NCBI RefSeq assembly: GCF_009914755.1
Contig: NC_060926.1
DNA length: 64,000 nt
Reading direction: 5' to 3' (one strand)
DNA from: the human T2T-CHM13v2.0 reference genome, Homo sapiens
This document shows, in pieces, positions 25,037 to 39,260 of the stretch. Within the stretch, counting starts at the first letter, position 1. Every line of letters begins with the position of its first letter. The translations under genes were made by a program, and so were the position numbers. The notes under the pieces were generated by a model, which searched no databases, was not told the DNA's origin, and was given only the letters and a program-made list of their open reading frames with translations.

Positions 25037-27713
25037 GGTTCTTAAAAAAGTTTGTTGCCAAATAATGAGGTAGAAGACAACATTCCAGGCTGATATTTGT
25101 AAGCACTTCTCCATATATATATTATAAATAGTGATTTTTATTCTTAATATATAAAAAGCTAATTTGGTTATACATTTTACTGTAAATTGTTTTTCCTTTT
25201 AACATTTAAAGAATCAGAGAAATAGTGATCTGCAATGGGAAGGTTTTGATTAATAGACGTGACTTAGAGAGTGGGTACAGATAATTTTGAGGCAGATTTG
25301 ATCCTTGCTAGTTTGTATTTTATTCTCAGGGTTCCTTATGCTTCTTGTTTTCACTAGTGGCTCATTGTAAATGTGTGGTTTAACTCGTCCATGGCCCAGC
25401 ATTAGGGAGCTGTGGACCCTGCAGCCTGGCTGTGGGGGCCGCAGTGGCTGAGGGGTGCAGAGCCGAGTCACGGGGTTGCCAGCACAGGGGCTTAACCTCT
25501 GGTGACTGCCAGAGCTGCTGGCAAGCTAGAGTCCCATTTGGAGCCCCTCTAAGCCGTTCTATTTGTAATGAAAACTATATTTATGCTATTCAGTTCTAAA
25601 TATAGAAATTGAAACAGCTGTGTTTAGTGCCTTTGTTCAACCCCCTTGCAACAACCTTGAGAACCCCAGGGAATTTGTCAATGTCAGGGAAGGAGCATTT
25701 TGTCAGTTACCAAATGTGTTTATTACCAGAGGGATGGAGGGAAGAGGGACGCTGAAGAACTTTGATGCCCTCTTCTTCCAAAGATGAAACGCGTAACTGC
25801 GCTCTCATTCACTCCAGCTCCCTGTCACCCAATGGACCTGTGATATCTGGATTCTGGGAAATTCTTCATCCTGGACCCTGAGAGATTCTGCAGCCCAGCT
25901 CCAGATTGCTTGTGGTCTGACAGGCTGCAACTGTGAGCCATCACAATGAACAACAGGAAGAAAAGGTCTTTCAAAAGGTGATGTGTGTTCTCATCAACCT
26001 CATACACACACATGGTTTAGGGGTATAATACCTCTACATGGCTGATTATGAAAACAATGTTCCCCAGATACCATCCCTGTCTTACTTCCAGCTCCCCAGA
26101 GGGAAAGCTTTCAACGCTTCTAGCCATTTCTTTTGGCATTTGCCTTCAGACCCTACACGAATGCGTCTCTACCACAGGGGGCTGCGCGGTTTCCCATCAT
26201 GAAGCACTGAACTTCCACGTCTCATCTAGGGGAACAGGGAGGTGCACTAATGCGCTCCACGCCCAAGCCCTTCTCACAGTTTCTGCCCCCAGCATGGTTG
26301 TACTGGGCAATACATGAGATTATTAGGAAATGCTTTACTGTCATAACTATGAAGAGACTATTGCCAGATGAACCACACATTAATACTATGTTTCTTATCT
26401 GCACATTACTACCCTGCAATTAATATAATTGTGTCCATGTACACACGCTGTCCTATGTACTTATCATGACTCTATCCCAAATTCCCAATTACGTCCTATC
26501 TTCTTCTTAGGGAAGAACAGCTTAGGTATCAATTTGGTGTTCTGTGTAAAGTCTCAGGGAGCCGTCCGTGTCCTCCCATCTGGCCTCGTCCACACTGGTT
26601 CTCTTGAAAGCTTGGGCTGTAATGATGCCCCTTGGCCATCACCCAGTCCCTGCCCCATCTCTTGTAATCTCTCTCCTTTTTGCTGCATCCCTGTCTTCCT
26701 CTGTCTTGATTTACTTGTTGTTGGTTTTCTGTTTCTTTGTTTGATTTGGTGGAAGACATAATCCCACGCTTCCTATGGAAAGGTTGTTGGGAGATTTTTA
26801 ATGATTCCTCAATGTTAAAATGTCTATTTTTGTCTTGACACCCAACTAATATTTGTCTGAGCAAAACAGTCTAGATGAGAGAGAACTTCCCTGGAGGTCT
26901 GATGGCGTTTCTCCCTCGTCTTCTTACCTCTTGAGGATTCTTTGAATCCTTTCCCCTAGACCCTCATGCCCAGAGTCGTCATAATTTTCTCTTTGCTTCT
27001 AGTGTTTTAGTATTTCCCAAGAATGAGGGGGTGTGTAGATCTGTTTTCTCCCATCATGTGACATATCCTGCAGCTTTTCAAGGGCCATCGTCTTCCCTGC
27101 TTTCTTCAGTGGTTGTTTTCTCTCCATTTTCTCTGATCTCTTTCTGGAACTTACACGATTCAGCCAATGGTCCTGCGGGAGCTGGACAGACCCTCCAATC
27201 TTATTTTCCATCCCTTTGCCATTTTGTTCTAATCAGATTTCCTTTATCTTCTCACCTCTCTTGTGAGATTTTTTAAATTTAAATTTCAACACTCATCTTT
27301 AAATTTCTAAGTGATCTCTTAGTGATTCAACTCATCTTCTCCTTCTTCTACTTAAAATAAATGTGTTCTCATTCAGCAAACCCAATGTAGCTTCTCTTCT
27401 GTGACTCAGACAAAGTCAATGATAACTTCTTTGTTTCTCTTCAACAGTCTTTATTTTCTTCTTTTTTGTTTGTTTGGGTCCTTTTTATATTACAGGGCTT
27501 GCACGAACATCTAGAGATCTTCATTATCTGTTCATATTTAACAAGACAGCATTAGAAAGCCTCCTGGAAACCCTTTTCACATGGGCGGGGCCTTCTGACC
27601 TGTCGGGGGTCTTTGTGTGCTTTGCCTCCTGGGCTCCTGACTAGGGGTGCCTGTGCCCCCAGAGCATACAGCCAAGAACTGGATTCTGAGCCAGATGACA
27701 TGAACTTGGATTA

Positions 27714-28030
<317 letters not shown>

Positions 28031-29023
28031 ATAAAAACCACGTTTCCTTGATAATTCCTAACATATCTCTACAGGTCTCCTTGCTTGAGGCTGTCTACAC
28101 TAAAGATGTTAACACTAGATATTCATGCCATGAGATCGGACACATAAGAATCTCTAGAAATTTAATGTAGAGAGCCTTGAACAAAAGGTTGTTTAATACC
28201 CATTATTTAAAACTAAGCTCTTTAGACACACAGGTCAGTTTGTATGTGATATCTGTATTCTTTAAGTATTGACAGCAGAACTGAGGAGGGGAGAAGCCCA
28301 GAGAAAGGGGCTATAGAAAATGGCAAGTGTGAAACCACATACGATGGGCAGACTTCACATTATTCCTCTTCACTCCCAGAAGCCACTTGGGGCAAACACG
28401 AGGTCAGTGCCTAGACCTGGTTGAGTTGGAGCCAGCTCAAGACCTAGCTTCAGACCCCCTGAGTACCTTGCTTGGGAGACTGTGTCCTAACAGCAGGTGA
28501 AATGGAGTCCACACCATCACAGTAAGGTTTGATGATTTCCAGTTGTTAACAGGATAGAAGTTGTCCAGGAGAACATGGGGAAGTGAAGTTTTCAAGATCA
28601 GGTGGAGGGAAGGACTCTGACATCCTGAAATGTAGATACGGTGTAGGTTTCCCAGGATGAACACATCAAGGACATAATTATCATGACCTCCCTGAGGGAG
28701 ACTGAAAGTATCTGTGTACAGAGAGGAGACTTTAAGATATTGCTCAGGGAGTTTTTTGTGAGTTTTTTCAGTGCAATAATCTATACAATTCTGAATTAGA
28801 AACAATATAAGTTATTGACAATCTTCAACTGTTTAGATGAAATCACTGAGAATATTATGAAACATATAACATATCTAATAGAATTAATGTAGAAAAAGAC
28901 AGATATTTCTATTTTAGTGAAATAAAAATACATTTCAGAAAAGCTTGTTGGAAAGTAAAATTTTCAATGAAATAACTTTTCCTCATTTATTTTCATTATG
29001 AAATATGAAACGATTCCTGATTA

Positions 29024-29386
<363 letters not shown>

Positions 29387-29988
29387 TCAAATGTACTTCT
29401 AAAACCTCATCACATTATAGTAGTATAGTTATAGCTACACTATTCAAATCAAAGATTAAAAAAATTTTAAAATAATTATAATACCCCAAATTAATGGCTA
29501 CAAAGTCACAAATATATTCAAAGTTAGAATTTATAGCAATATAAAAACCTTGACAGCACATCTCCTCTGTTACCTTGCTGTATGCATTAATCCTTTCAAA
29601 GAGGCAGTCCTTCCCAAAGCAATTGCACTTTGATTAAATTGATCAGCTGCCTCAAACTCCTCATCATTTTAAACTCTTCATCCCGAGTAGCCATTTTAAT
29701 CACCCTCCCCTAACCTGAAATTACCAGCCTCAGTAACCCGGCATGGTTTCCTGTAAGATTCTACAAAGGGAGCACATGTCTACCCCGCACTTCTCAGTGA
29801 GCGTCTTGCTTCCTTGCAATGAGTTCGCACTCAGAACAGCAGTGTCTCCATGCTGCCTCCCATTCCAATATGATCATGTGCATTTTTCACCTACTTGGAG
29901 CAGATGACACTTTTTAATTAACTTATAAAAATGCTGCTAATTTTGGAACTTAATAATTTCCTAGGGCATATCAATCTCTCTCTTTTAT

Positions 29989-30033
29989 ACACACACACAC
30001 ACACACACACGCACACACACACACACACACACA
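29989..30033. repeat. (CA)n microsatellite, about 22 units with one CG interruption
   Basis: acacacacac...gcacacacac. Confidence 0.97.
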
Positions 30034-31009
30034 GAGCATCTAGAACCAAAGTTGGAAGTTAAAACAGAAAGAAGAAATTGGGCATAAAATAACAGCAAGA
30101 AAACTAAAATTCTGATGTTTTCTAGGAATGATTTATCCTTTTGCAAAAAAAAGTGTGTCTTCCTGTCTCCTTGCCTCATGACGTTTTTCACACCAGCCCT
30201 TCCCACTAAATGTTTAAATTTTATTCATTTAAAAAAGCCCAGCTCAAATACCTTCTTTCAATTTCCAAAAAAAGTGATCTATAATCTTTAAATATCAAAC
30301 ACTTTTAAACTTCTTCTAATGTGGCACCAGAATTATATCTCATGTTAGGTTAGATCCACATCCTACTTCTCTTATTAAATAAGATCAGCACAGAGGAACG
30401 GTAATGATAATAGAAAAGTTCATATGTCCTTGCTGGGCACCAGGTGTGTTCTAAGAACTTTATAAACATTAATTCTTATAAACCTCAGCACAACTTCCAG
30501 TGAGGCAGGAACCCCTGGCATCTCAGTCTTCAGGAACACAGACCCTCAAGAACAGCCCCGCCTCTTCCCTGCTGTGTGATCACAGACACTCGCTTGGCCT
30601 TTGTGAACCTCACTTTCCTCATCATTAAAATAGCATGGCTCATAAATATTCTCTGTACATTTGTTGTGAATTTAAATAATATTTGTTTCTCATTCTTACC
30701 AAAGTGCTGACCTACAAACTACTGATTCTACAGCAAGACCAATTCCAGGAGAGGCTATGGGGGCAATGCCAAGAAACGAAGAAAACAGGGGTGGGGCATG
30801 GGGAGGAATGAGAGGTGACCTGGTCAGGGGCAGGTAGCTGCCCCTTGCAAGCATGGGGGAAAGGAGAAAAGTTGCCGCTGTCCTGTCCTTGCTATTACTC
30901 CATCCTGTCCTCAGAAGAACTGACCAAGAAATATCTGGACCAGATGGCGGAGCTCAGGAAGCCTTGGCAGTCAGGGTGAGTCAGTGTCATTGCAGAGGAG
31001 CCATTCAGA

Positions 31010-32230
31010 AAAGCATTTACATCTGGTCAGAAAATACAAAACCAGTAACACATTTAACAAAAGGTGTGTGATGCCTCTAGAGGGAAAGTCACAAAACTTT
31101 ATTAAGAAATGTTAAAGGAGGCCTGAATCAACGGAGAGATAAACCACATCGTGATTAGGAAAACTTAATATGGTAACGGTCTCAATTCTTCTCCAATAGA
31201 TAATGTGATTTCAATCAAAATATCAAATGAGACTTACAAGGAGCTTTATAGGTGTACACGAAGAAGTAAAGGGTCAGGAATATCTCCAACATTTGTAAAA
31301 AGGAGAATCAGGAAAGGGGGGTAGTTCTACCTGACATTAAGAATTATTCTGAAGCTGTAGTAATTAAATCCATGTGGTGTTGACTTGGGATACAGAAATT
31401 AATCTATAAAATAGAATAAAAACCTGTCAATAGGCCTATGAATATTGCATGAGGAGACTTCGGAATAGAGAAAGTATGCCACAAGATTAAAAATACATAT
31501 ATTCCTTAACAAGTAGAATGAAAAAAATGATTACTGACAAAAGATGGAACTGTATTCTCACATCATATGCAAAGAAAATTTAAGATGGATTAAGGAGTTA
31601 AATATCAAAAACTAAGCCTTAAGTCTAGGCACAGTGGCTCACGCCTGTAACTCCAGGGCAGAAGGATTGTTTGAGCCCAGGAGCTTGATACCAACCTGGA
31701 TAACATAACAAGATCCTGTCTGTACCAAAACAAAAACAAAAACATAAAACTAAAGTAAAACTCTTCCTAGAAAACATAGATGACTATGTACTTAAACCTT
31801 GGAGTAAGGAAAAATAAACAGGACCCCCATAGCATTGACTATAAAAGAAAAGATGAATTAATTTGAAAATATTAATATTAAAAATTTGTTCATCAAAAGA
31901 CATCTTAAGGAAAGTGGAAGGTCAAGTTATAATCTGGAAGAAGATATATTTTTGATTTACATGAAGAATATATAAAGCATTAAAAATAAATAAAAGCATA
32001 CTCAACACAATAAAAGATAGTGCAGAAAATGTTAAGCATTTCACAAGCGGGAACACATACACCACAAGTGTATGGAAAAATAATCAACAATTATTTGTCA
32101 GAGAAATGGAAAGTAAGCCCAGATGAGATACTGTCCCCTGCCGTTTAATTACAATGTTTTTTGAAGTCTGACAATACCAAATTTTGGAGAGATAAAAAGT
32201 GACAACATCCTAGATGTTTAATTTCCTATC
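31010..32230 (+). mobile_element. Old L1 (L1ME-like) ORF2 relic, interrupted by an Alu monomer
   Basis: gttctacctgacattaagaattatt ... taaaaatttgttcatcaaaagacatc ... gtctgacaataccaaattttggag. Confidence 0.7.
31623..31748 (+). mobile_element. Alu left monomer (FLAM-like)
   Basis: ggcacagtggctcacgcctgtaac ... tgagcccaggagcttgataccaacctgg, then (AAAAC)n. Confidence 0.85.
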
Positions 32231-33232
32231 AAGATAATGGTGTCGGGGCCTGCTCACACGTGAAAGAACCTGAGGAATCTTCTGGTCCAATGAACTTTAC
32301 ATGGTGATTGCTGACGTCCCAGGGGTTTGGAGGAGACACTTTAGAAGCCACCCAGGGAGAATGTGGGGATGAGCTGAGGACATGAGGAGCTGATACCCTG
32401 GCCAGCAGAGCCCTACTTGCACACATTTCCATAGAGGGCTTCCCCCAGCAGAAAGGAGAGTCCGAGGTTGCAGTGGCTGAAGCTTTCTCCAGGAAAACAA
32501 ACTCAGTGCATAGACAAACTGGGATGAGGTCACAGAGCAGGTCAGCCATGGCAAGATGAGACCCGGACCCTCCCTGTCCTGACACCCAGGCCAGGGACCC
32601 TCCAGTTCACAACTGGCTTCCTGCAAAGAATTCACGGGAAGAGAGTAAACCATTTCCCTGCACATTCCATATTAGCTAAAATTCTGAAATGCCATCATTT
32701 AAATCCTCAATAAATATAGATGTAATGTATTACTCACTTTGTAAATAAACATATTGCTAAACAATTCACCTTAAGGAAAATATCTGAAAGATAATAGTAT
32801 TTCCCTCATCTATAATGACACAAAATCATATGAAAATAATCTGAAGATAAAAATTATGATTTTATTTTAATGATCCAACAGTAATACTGGCTTTTTTTTT
32901 TTTTTTGGACACAGACACCTGTGTTCTTCTTGTTTGTTTTTTTTTTTTTTTTTTTTTTTCATATGTATAAGTTCAAGTATGTGGAGGAAAAAGAGAGAAA
33001 GGGAGGGGGAGTCACAATTACTTAGCTATTATTACCCTTCCTTGGTAAGTAGGATAAGAACATTTCCCTCTATGAATCTGATTTTAAAATTCATCTTATC
33101 TGAGGCCACGGGTGCCTGGAGTCTGTGGCTATTGGGGTTAGCCTGGGACTGGGGCAGATTTAAGCCTGGGGCTGCAGAGTAAAACTTTTAGAAAAACACA
33201 CAAGGAGAAAACTCCTTGACATTTGGGCAACA

Positions 33233-34105
33233 TTTTTTTTTCTTTTATTATACTTTAAGTTCTGGGGTACATGTGCAGAATGTACACGTTTGTTACACAG
33301 GCATACATGTGCCATGGTGGTTTGCTACACCCGTCAACTCGTCATTGACATTAGGTATTTCTCCTAATGCTCTCCCTCTCCTAGCCCCCGACACCCTGAC
33401 AGGCCTTGGTGTGTGATGTTCCCCTCCCTGTGTCCATGTGTTCTCATTGTTCAACTCCCATTTATGAGTGAGAACATGCGGTGTTTGGTTTTCTGTTCTT
33501 GTGTTAGTTTGCTGAGAATGATGGTTTCCAACTTCATCCATGTCCCTTCAAAGGACATGAACTCATCCTTTTTTATGGCTGCATAGTATTCATGGTGTAT
33601 ATGTGCCACATTTGCTTTATCCAGTCTATCATTGATAGGCATTTGGGTTGGTTCCAAGTCTTTGCTATTGTGAACAGTGCCACAATAAATGTAGGTGTGC
33701 ATGTGTCTTTATAGTAGAATGATTTATAATCCTTTGGGTATATACTCAATAATGGGATTGTTGGCTCAAGTGGTATTTCTAGTCCTAGATCCTTGAGGAA
33801 TCACCACACTGTCTTCCATAATGGTTGAACTAATTTACACTCCCATCAACAGTGTAAAAGCGTTCCTGTTTCTTCACATCCTCTCCAGTACCTGTTATTT
33901 CCTGACTTTTAAATGATCGCCATTCTAACTGGCATAAGATGGCATCTCACTGTGGTTTTGATTTGCCTTTCTCTAATGACCAGTGATGATGAGCTTTTTT
34001 TGGTATGTTTGTTGGCTGCATAAATGTCTTCTTTTGAAAAGCGTCTGTTCATATCCTTCGCCCACTTTTTGATGGGGTTGTTTTTTCTTGTAAAATTTTT
34101 TTAAG
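33233..34105 (-). mobile_element. 5'-truncated L1PA (about PA7-like), antisense
   Basis: poly(T) then ttattatactttaagttctggggtacatgtgcag; the - strand ORF 33451..33702 ends in the ORF2 C-terminus remnant WMKLETIILSKLTQEQKTKHRMFSLI. Confidence 0.95.
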
Positions 34106-34109
34106 GTAC

Positions 34110-34210
34110 TTTCAAAAGAAGACATTTATGCAGCCAACAAACATATGAAAAAAAGCTCATCATCATTAGTCATTAGAGAAAGGCAACTCAAAACCATAAT
34201 GAGATACCAT
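34110..34210 (+). mobile_element. Inverted duplicate of an internal ~100-bp piece (33938-34037) of the adjacent L1
   Basis: Reverse complement of 33938-34037 with about 8 differences in 101 nt. Confidence 0.9.
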
Positions 34211-35419
34211 CACATGGTACACCATAAATATATTCGGTTTTTATTTGTCACTAAGCAAGGAAAAATAAAACAAAAATCTAGCTGATCCTTTTTTGCTGTT
34301 CCATTTCTACTACATCCCCAAAATATAGGAAAAACCTAATTTGAGTAAGAGAGATTAGCTGTAATAGTAAATTTATCATTCTTACCTACTTTTTTTGCAA
34401 AAGGAAAGTTCATATTTCCTGTTAAGGTAATCTACCCCATGTTTCCATTTTGCCATCACCCTGCCATTTGTCTATCCATCCAACTGTCTAACCTGCGTTG
34501 CGACACCACCTCTCACCCCACGTGGAGGCTCTGTGCTGTGGGGTCGCTCAGGGTGGGGGAAGCCACTCTTGCTTCTCAGCTCACAGCCTTACTGGGAATG
34601 ACTGAGTGCCCAAAGCAATGACAGGACATGGAAGAACTTCTAAACAAGTTCCTTCTGGCTTGATACTGAGGTTTGACTTTTGTTGCAAACCCTTTTTGAG
34701 ATTTGATGTTGACCCAATTCGCTTTACCCTGATGAGCAAGATGAACCAACAACTGTGTTTGTCTGGACATATGTTTATTGTGTCACGTACACCATGCATT
34801 CAGCAAATCCTGACATGTCTCTCAAATTCAAAATATTAAAGCAGGCAACATCAGTTATAATAATTTATTCACTTGATAATAAGTAAAAAATCATTGATGT
34901 AAATATTCATTTTAAGAAAAAGACAAAGGGCTGTGACTGGACTGAGCCCAGGACATCAATATCGGCTCCATGTACATCATTACTTATTTGAGTGTCCTTG
35001 GAAAAGTCATTTAATATCGATTTGAATATTCATGTGTGGGAAGTGTCTACATACCTGCATTCCTAATGACCTATTTTGAAGATAAAATGAGACAAAAATT
35101 ATGAAAACACCTTAGAAAGAATGAAGTGATACAAATACAAGGTAAGAATGATTATCCTAGTAGCTGTGTTAATAATAGTGGGGAAAGAGGATATGGGGTG
35201 AAGTCTAAAAAATAAAAGGGAATGGTGCTGTAGAATACAATGTACAGATAAATCCTGACCCACTGGGGGCTTTCTGATTTATACCATGGAAATAAAAAAT
35301 GTTAATATGTAATAAAGCCTCATAAATCCTGACTAACTGGGGAAAAGCCAATTTGGAGTTCTGAAAGGTTTTAAAGAAATGTAGTTCTATTACCTTAAAA
35401 TGAAAATAGTAATATGAGC

Positions 35420-36170
35420 TACTGGTTAATAAAAATGTACAGACCTCCATTAATAATGAGATTAGGATAATGTTTAATCATCACTGATTCATTAATTTGG
35501 TCAGATATCCACCAAATATTTGTGTGTTCTACTACGAGCTCAGCACAGGGGAAAAAAGAGGAAACAAAATGTGACTCTGTACTCACCAAGTTTACTGTCT
35601 GGGGTGTGATATTGACAAACAACTGGATGAGTACCATACAATACGATAAATGTCCTTACAATACAGAAAAGCTCAGGACGCCATGGGCTCACCTTGGAAA
35701 GACAAGAGTTCTCAGTTTGAGGGGGCACTGATGAGAGGAATCTCATAAAAATTAATACTGACACTGAGACATAAGAGGAAAGTAGGAATAGCCAAAAATA
35801 AACTGGTGGGAAGAAACATTTGAACTTTGTCCTAATGAAAGTCAGGCCATGACAGATTTTAAAGTATGGAAGGATAGGTGATATAATTTGCATTTTTTGA
35901 AAATCACTTTGGCTGGAATGGGGGAATTGATAAGGGGAATGACGTCTAGAAGAAGGCAAACTAATTAGGAGGCTACTGCAGCCACCCAGCCATGAGGTGA
36001 TCGTGACCTAAAACCAGGCTCAGGCGTGAGAACAGAGGTGTACAGAGACCAGAGGCACTGAAGAGCTGTGGGTGAGGAGGGAGAGCAGATTTTAGTTTGG
36101 CACAATTTGATTTTGAGATAAATCTGGAACATCCAGGTGGAGACTTGTGGCAGGAAGATAAATATATGGA
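35420..36170 (-). mobile_element. L2 relic, antisense
   Basis: tgattcattaatt ... gatttgcattttttgaaaatcactttggctg-like segment ... acatccaggtggagac. Confidence 0.55.
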
Positions 36171-36660
36171 ATTGTAAATATAGATTTTTAACATTTGGGT
36201 TCTATGTCATGACATCATCCTCAAAAAAGACTCCGTGTCAAGCTTCCCTTGAAAGAGGAGCCCAATGATTCAAATGACCCCGTCTTTGAAAGCCGCTCTC
36301 TGCTGACTCCTAAGGCAGTGCTCGGCAGAGCCCTTGTCTATATGTCTTTGGTGGGCTCTTGAAAGCTGTTGTTCTCTGACGTTTTACTGTCTTTATAAGC
36401 CATTATCATTCTCTCTTGGAAACAGTACCACTATGTGGGATTTTGCCTACCACCTATGTGCTGGCAATTCTTAAATGTATGCTGAGCACTTCAATGAATT
36501 TCATATTTGTGAATCCAAATGTCTAAAGTTATCTACTAGAAAGTTTCACAGCTGCCTCAAAGGTTCCATGTTAAGACCTGAGCAAATTATTACCCACTGC
36601 CCCATCACTGAGAATCGTCTTCCTGTCCTCAATTCTGCCAGAAAAAATGCATGAGATGTT

Positions 36661-37363
36661 TGTCTTAGTCCATTTTGGTTGCTATAACAAAATAGCATAA
36701 CCTTGGTAGCTTACAAATAACAGTTTATTTCTCACAGTTCTGGAGGCTGGAAGTCTCATATGGTTTGGCTCTGTGTCCCCGCGCAAATCCGATCTCCAAT
36801 TGTAATCCCCAGGAGTTGAGGGAGGAACCTGGTAGGAAGTGGTGGATCATGGGGACAGTTTCCCCAGTGTTGTTCTCATGCTAGTGAGTGAGTTCTCACA
36901 AGATCTGATGGTTTTATAAGTGTTTGGAAGTTCCTACTCGTCCTTCTCTCTCCTGCTGCCCTGTGAAGAAGCTGCTTGCTGCCCCTTTACCATTTGCCAT
37001 CATTGTAAGTTTCCTGAGGCCTCCTTAGCCATGTGGAACTGAGTCAATTAAACCTCTTTCCTTTATAAATTACCCAGTCTCAGGTAGTGTGAAAATGGAC
37101 CAATGCAAACTCCAAGACCAAGGTTTGGGCAGGTTTGGTATCTGCTGAGGGCCTGCTTTTGGTTTGTAGACAGTGTCTTCACACAACAGAAGGAGGGAGG
37201 GAGCTCTCTGGGGCCTCTTTCATAAGGGCACTAATGACATTCATAAGGGCTTTACTCTCATGCCTTAATCATTTCAAAGGCCCAACTTCCTAATACCATC
37301 ACCTTACAGGTTAGGATATTAACATAAGGATTTTTAGAGGACACAAACATTGAGTCCATGGCA
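36661..37363 (-). mobile_element. MLT1A/MSTD-like MaLR LTR (host of a nested THE1)
   Basis: tgtcttagtccattttggttgctataacaaaat ... ttctggaggctggaagtc | insert | caagaccaagg ... ggacacaaacattgagtccatggca. Confidence 0.85.
36756..37107 (+). mobile_element. THE1C/D-like solo LTR nested in the older MaLR LTR
   Basis: atatggtttggctctgtgtcccc ... tcaattaaacctctttcctttataaattacccagtctcagg; imperfect 5-bp TSD aagtc/aactc. Confidence 0.9.
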
Positions 37364-37599
37364 ACATTACAGATGAATCTTTCTTCCCCCTCCCTCACTC
37401 TCATACTTACGTTATATTTCTGCACCATCTCATCTCCCATCCCCCCATCACTGCCTTAGTCCTGCCCCCAACTTTCTCTCACTAGAAGAAGAAGGGCCAC
37501 CTAATTGCTCCCCAGCCTGCTGTATCTCTTACTGTAAGAAGATTACAGAAAGAAGACTTCATCCTAATGAAGAGACTTCATCCTGATGTTGATCCTAAT

Positions 37600-37695
37600 G
37601 GAGAGACTTCATCCTAACATTGATGGCTCTACAGAGGCTTTCCTCTCTCTCCTACGGGGAAGAGAGAGGCATCAACATTAGGATGAAGTCTCTCC
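37600..37695. repeat. 31-bp inverted repeat with a 34-nt spacer
   Basis: Arms 37600-37630 and 37665-37695, 3 mismatches. Confidence 0.9.
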
Positions 37696-39024
37696 TCACT
37701 TAAAGACCTTTATTGGGTTCCCATTGGCTGCAGAAGAAATAAATCTAAGGTCCTCGGCTCCTAGTCCAAGTTTCTCGTCGTGTGACTACAGGCATTTCTC
37801 GCCTCCGCATCCTGCCAGTGCGTATCTTGGACGTTGTATGTCGGTGACTCCCACTTTTAAGGAACCCCTGCATGTTCTGTGTTGTGAGGCTCCCTTCACC
37901 TTCATGTCCACGTTTGACTTCCTCTTGGAGCGTTCTTTCTCCCTCCCACTATCGGACATATTCTTCAACACTTAGCTTAGGTGTCCCTCCATTTCCAAGG
38001 AAGGCCGCCTAACTTTCTCCCTGTTCCTCATGGGCTGCAGGCAAGAGCTTCAGCTCTTGCTTTTCTCCACCCTCAGCACTCTGGCCTCCTGGCTTACTGT
38101 ACACCTGCCTTCTGCAGGAATTGCCCGTCTCACCCACAAGACTCTCGAGGCCCTGTATATGGTCATTTTATATTCTCCATGCAAGGCACAAGGCCTAGCA
38201 AGAGGAAATCATTCAATGAATGTTTATTGAGCTGGCTCTATTGAAAATGTTAAGAGAAACATAAATAAAATAAATCAATTGTTTAATAATTTCACTTGTG
38301 TGGTTTATTAGAAAACTTTTCTATGGGCAGTGATAGAGAAATTTCTACCTTCCAGAGCCTGGGTCAGTTAAAGATCCTTTTTCTAACTGATTTTAAAAAA
38401 AACATGCCACTTTTATTTCTGGTTTCACACAAAAGTTGTATTCTTCCTTTTAAATTGTGCCTAGTCAGTCTTAATCAATAGAAAAGACACTCTACTGAAG
38501 TTTTCTAACCAAACTGACTGGCTGCCTTAACACATCCACTGTGAGTCTGAGCTTAGTGTGACACACATTAGATGTGCTCATACCTTTACCAAAGAAGTGC
38601 ATTACAAAAGGAGTGGTAAGTACAATAAATTGTAGATAATTCCAGAGAAAAAGATATCAATTTACAGAATTAAAATACCAGTTAAATGAAGACCATTTGG
38701 GGGATTAAAAAAATACCAGTGAAGGCTTGAAGAAATTCACACCCAACGGGATATGGTTAAAAGCAAAAATGAAATACGGTGTCAATACAGTAAGAAAGAG
38801 CACACTGAACAAGGCTAGAGAGGTGGACATGAGCTAAAATGACCATGAGATTAAACAGTCCAGTCTTCTGGACTGAGATGAAACAGCCCAAAAGAATGAG
38901 ATGTTGGTTTTGATGAACAAAAAAATACTCAGTTGAAGAAGAACATTAGGAGTCAGTCTGTTAACTTTTGATCTCATGCAGGGGTTTGTTCAGGACATTT
39001 GGAGACCTGAGCCCTGAAACGATC

Positions 39025-39260
39025 TAATAATAAAAGCTCACATTTACTGAGGGCTTATTTTGTGATAGGTGCTATTTTATATAATCTTTACAACAACCCC
39101 TTTGAGGTACCAGTAGTTACGATCCTTATAGACGAATCACAACCTTACACATAAATAAATAAGGCACTCTGAAGTGAAGAAACATGTTCACAATCCCACG
39201 GGTAGTAGAGCTGGGTTTCAAACCTGGGAGTCAAGCCCAAGTCCACACTCTCAACCACTC
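39025..39260 (-). mobile_element. MIR, antisense
   Basis: aataataaaagctcacatttactgagggctta ... agagctgggtttcaaacctggg. Confidence 0.65.

Noticed and set aside
24666-25106. Arg/Glu-rich and Pro/Ser/Leu-rich ORFs
   Set aside because: Translations of the CT microsatellite.
30937-30983. CAGATGG E-box/CTCF-like motif next to a TGAGTCA AP-1 site
   Set aside because: Short motifs expected by chance, with no independent support in the sequence.
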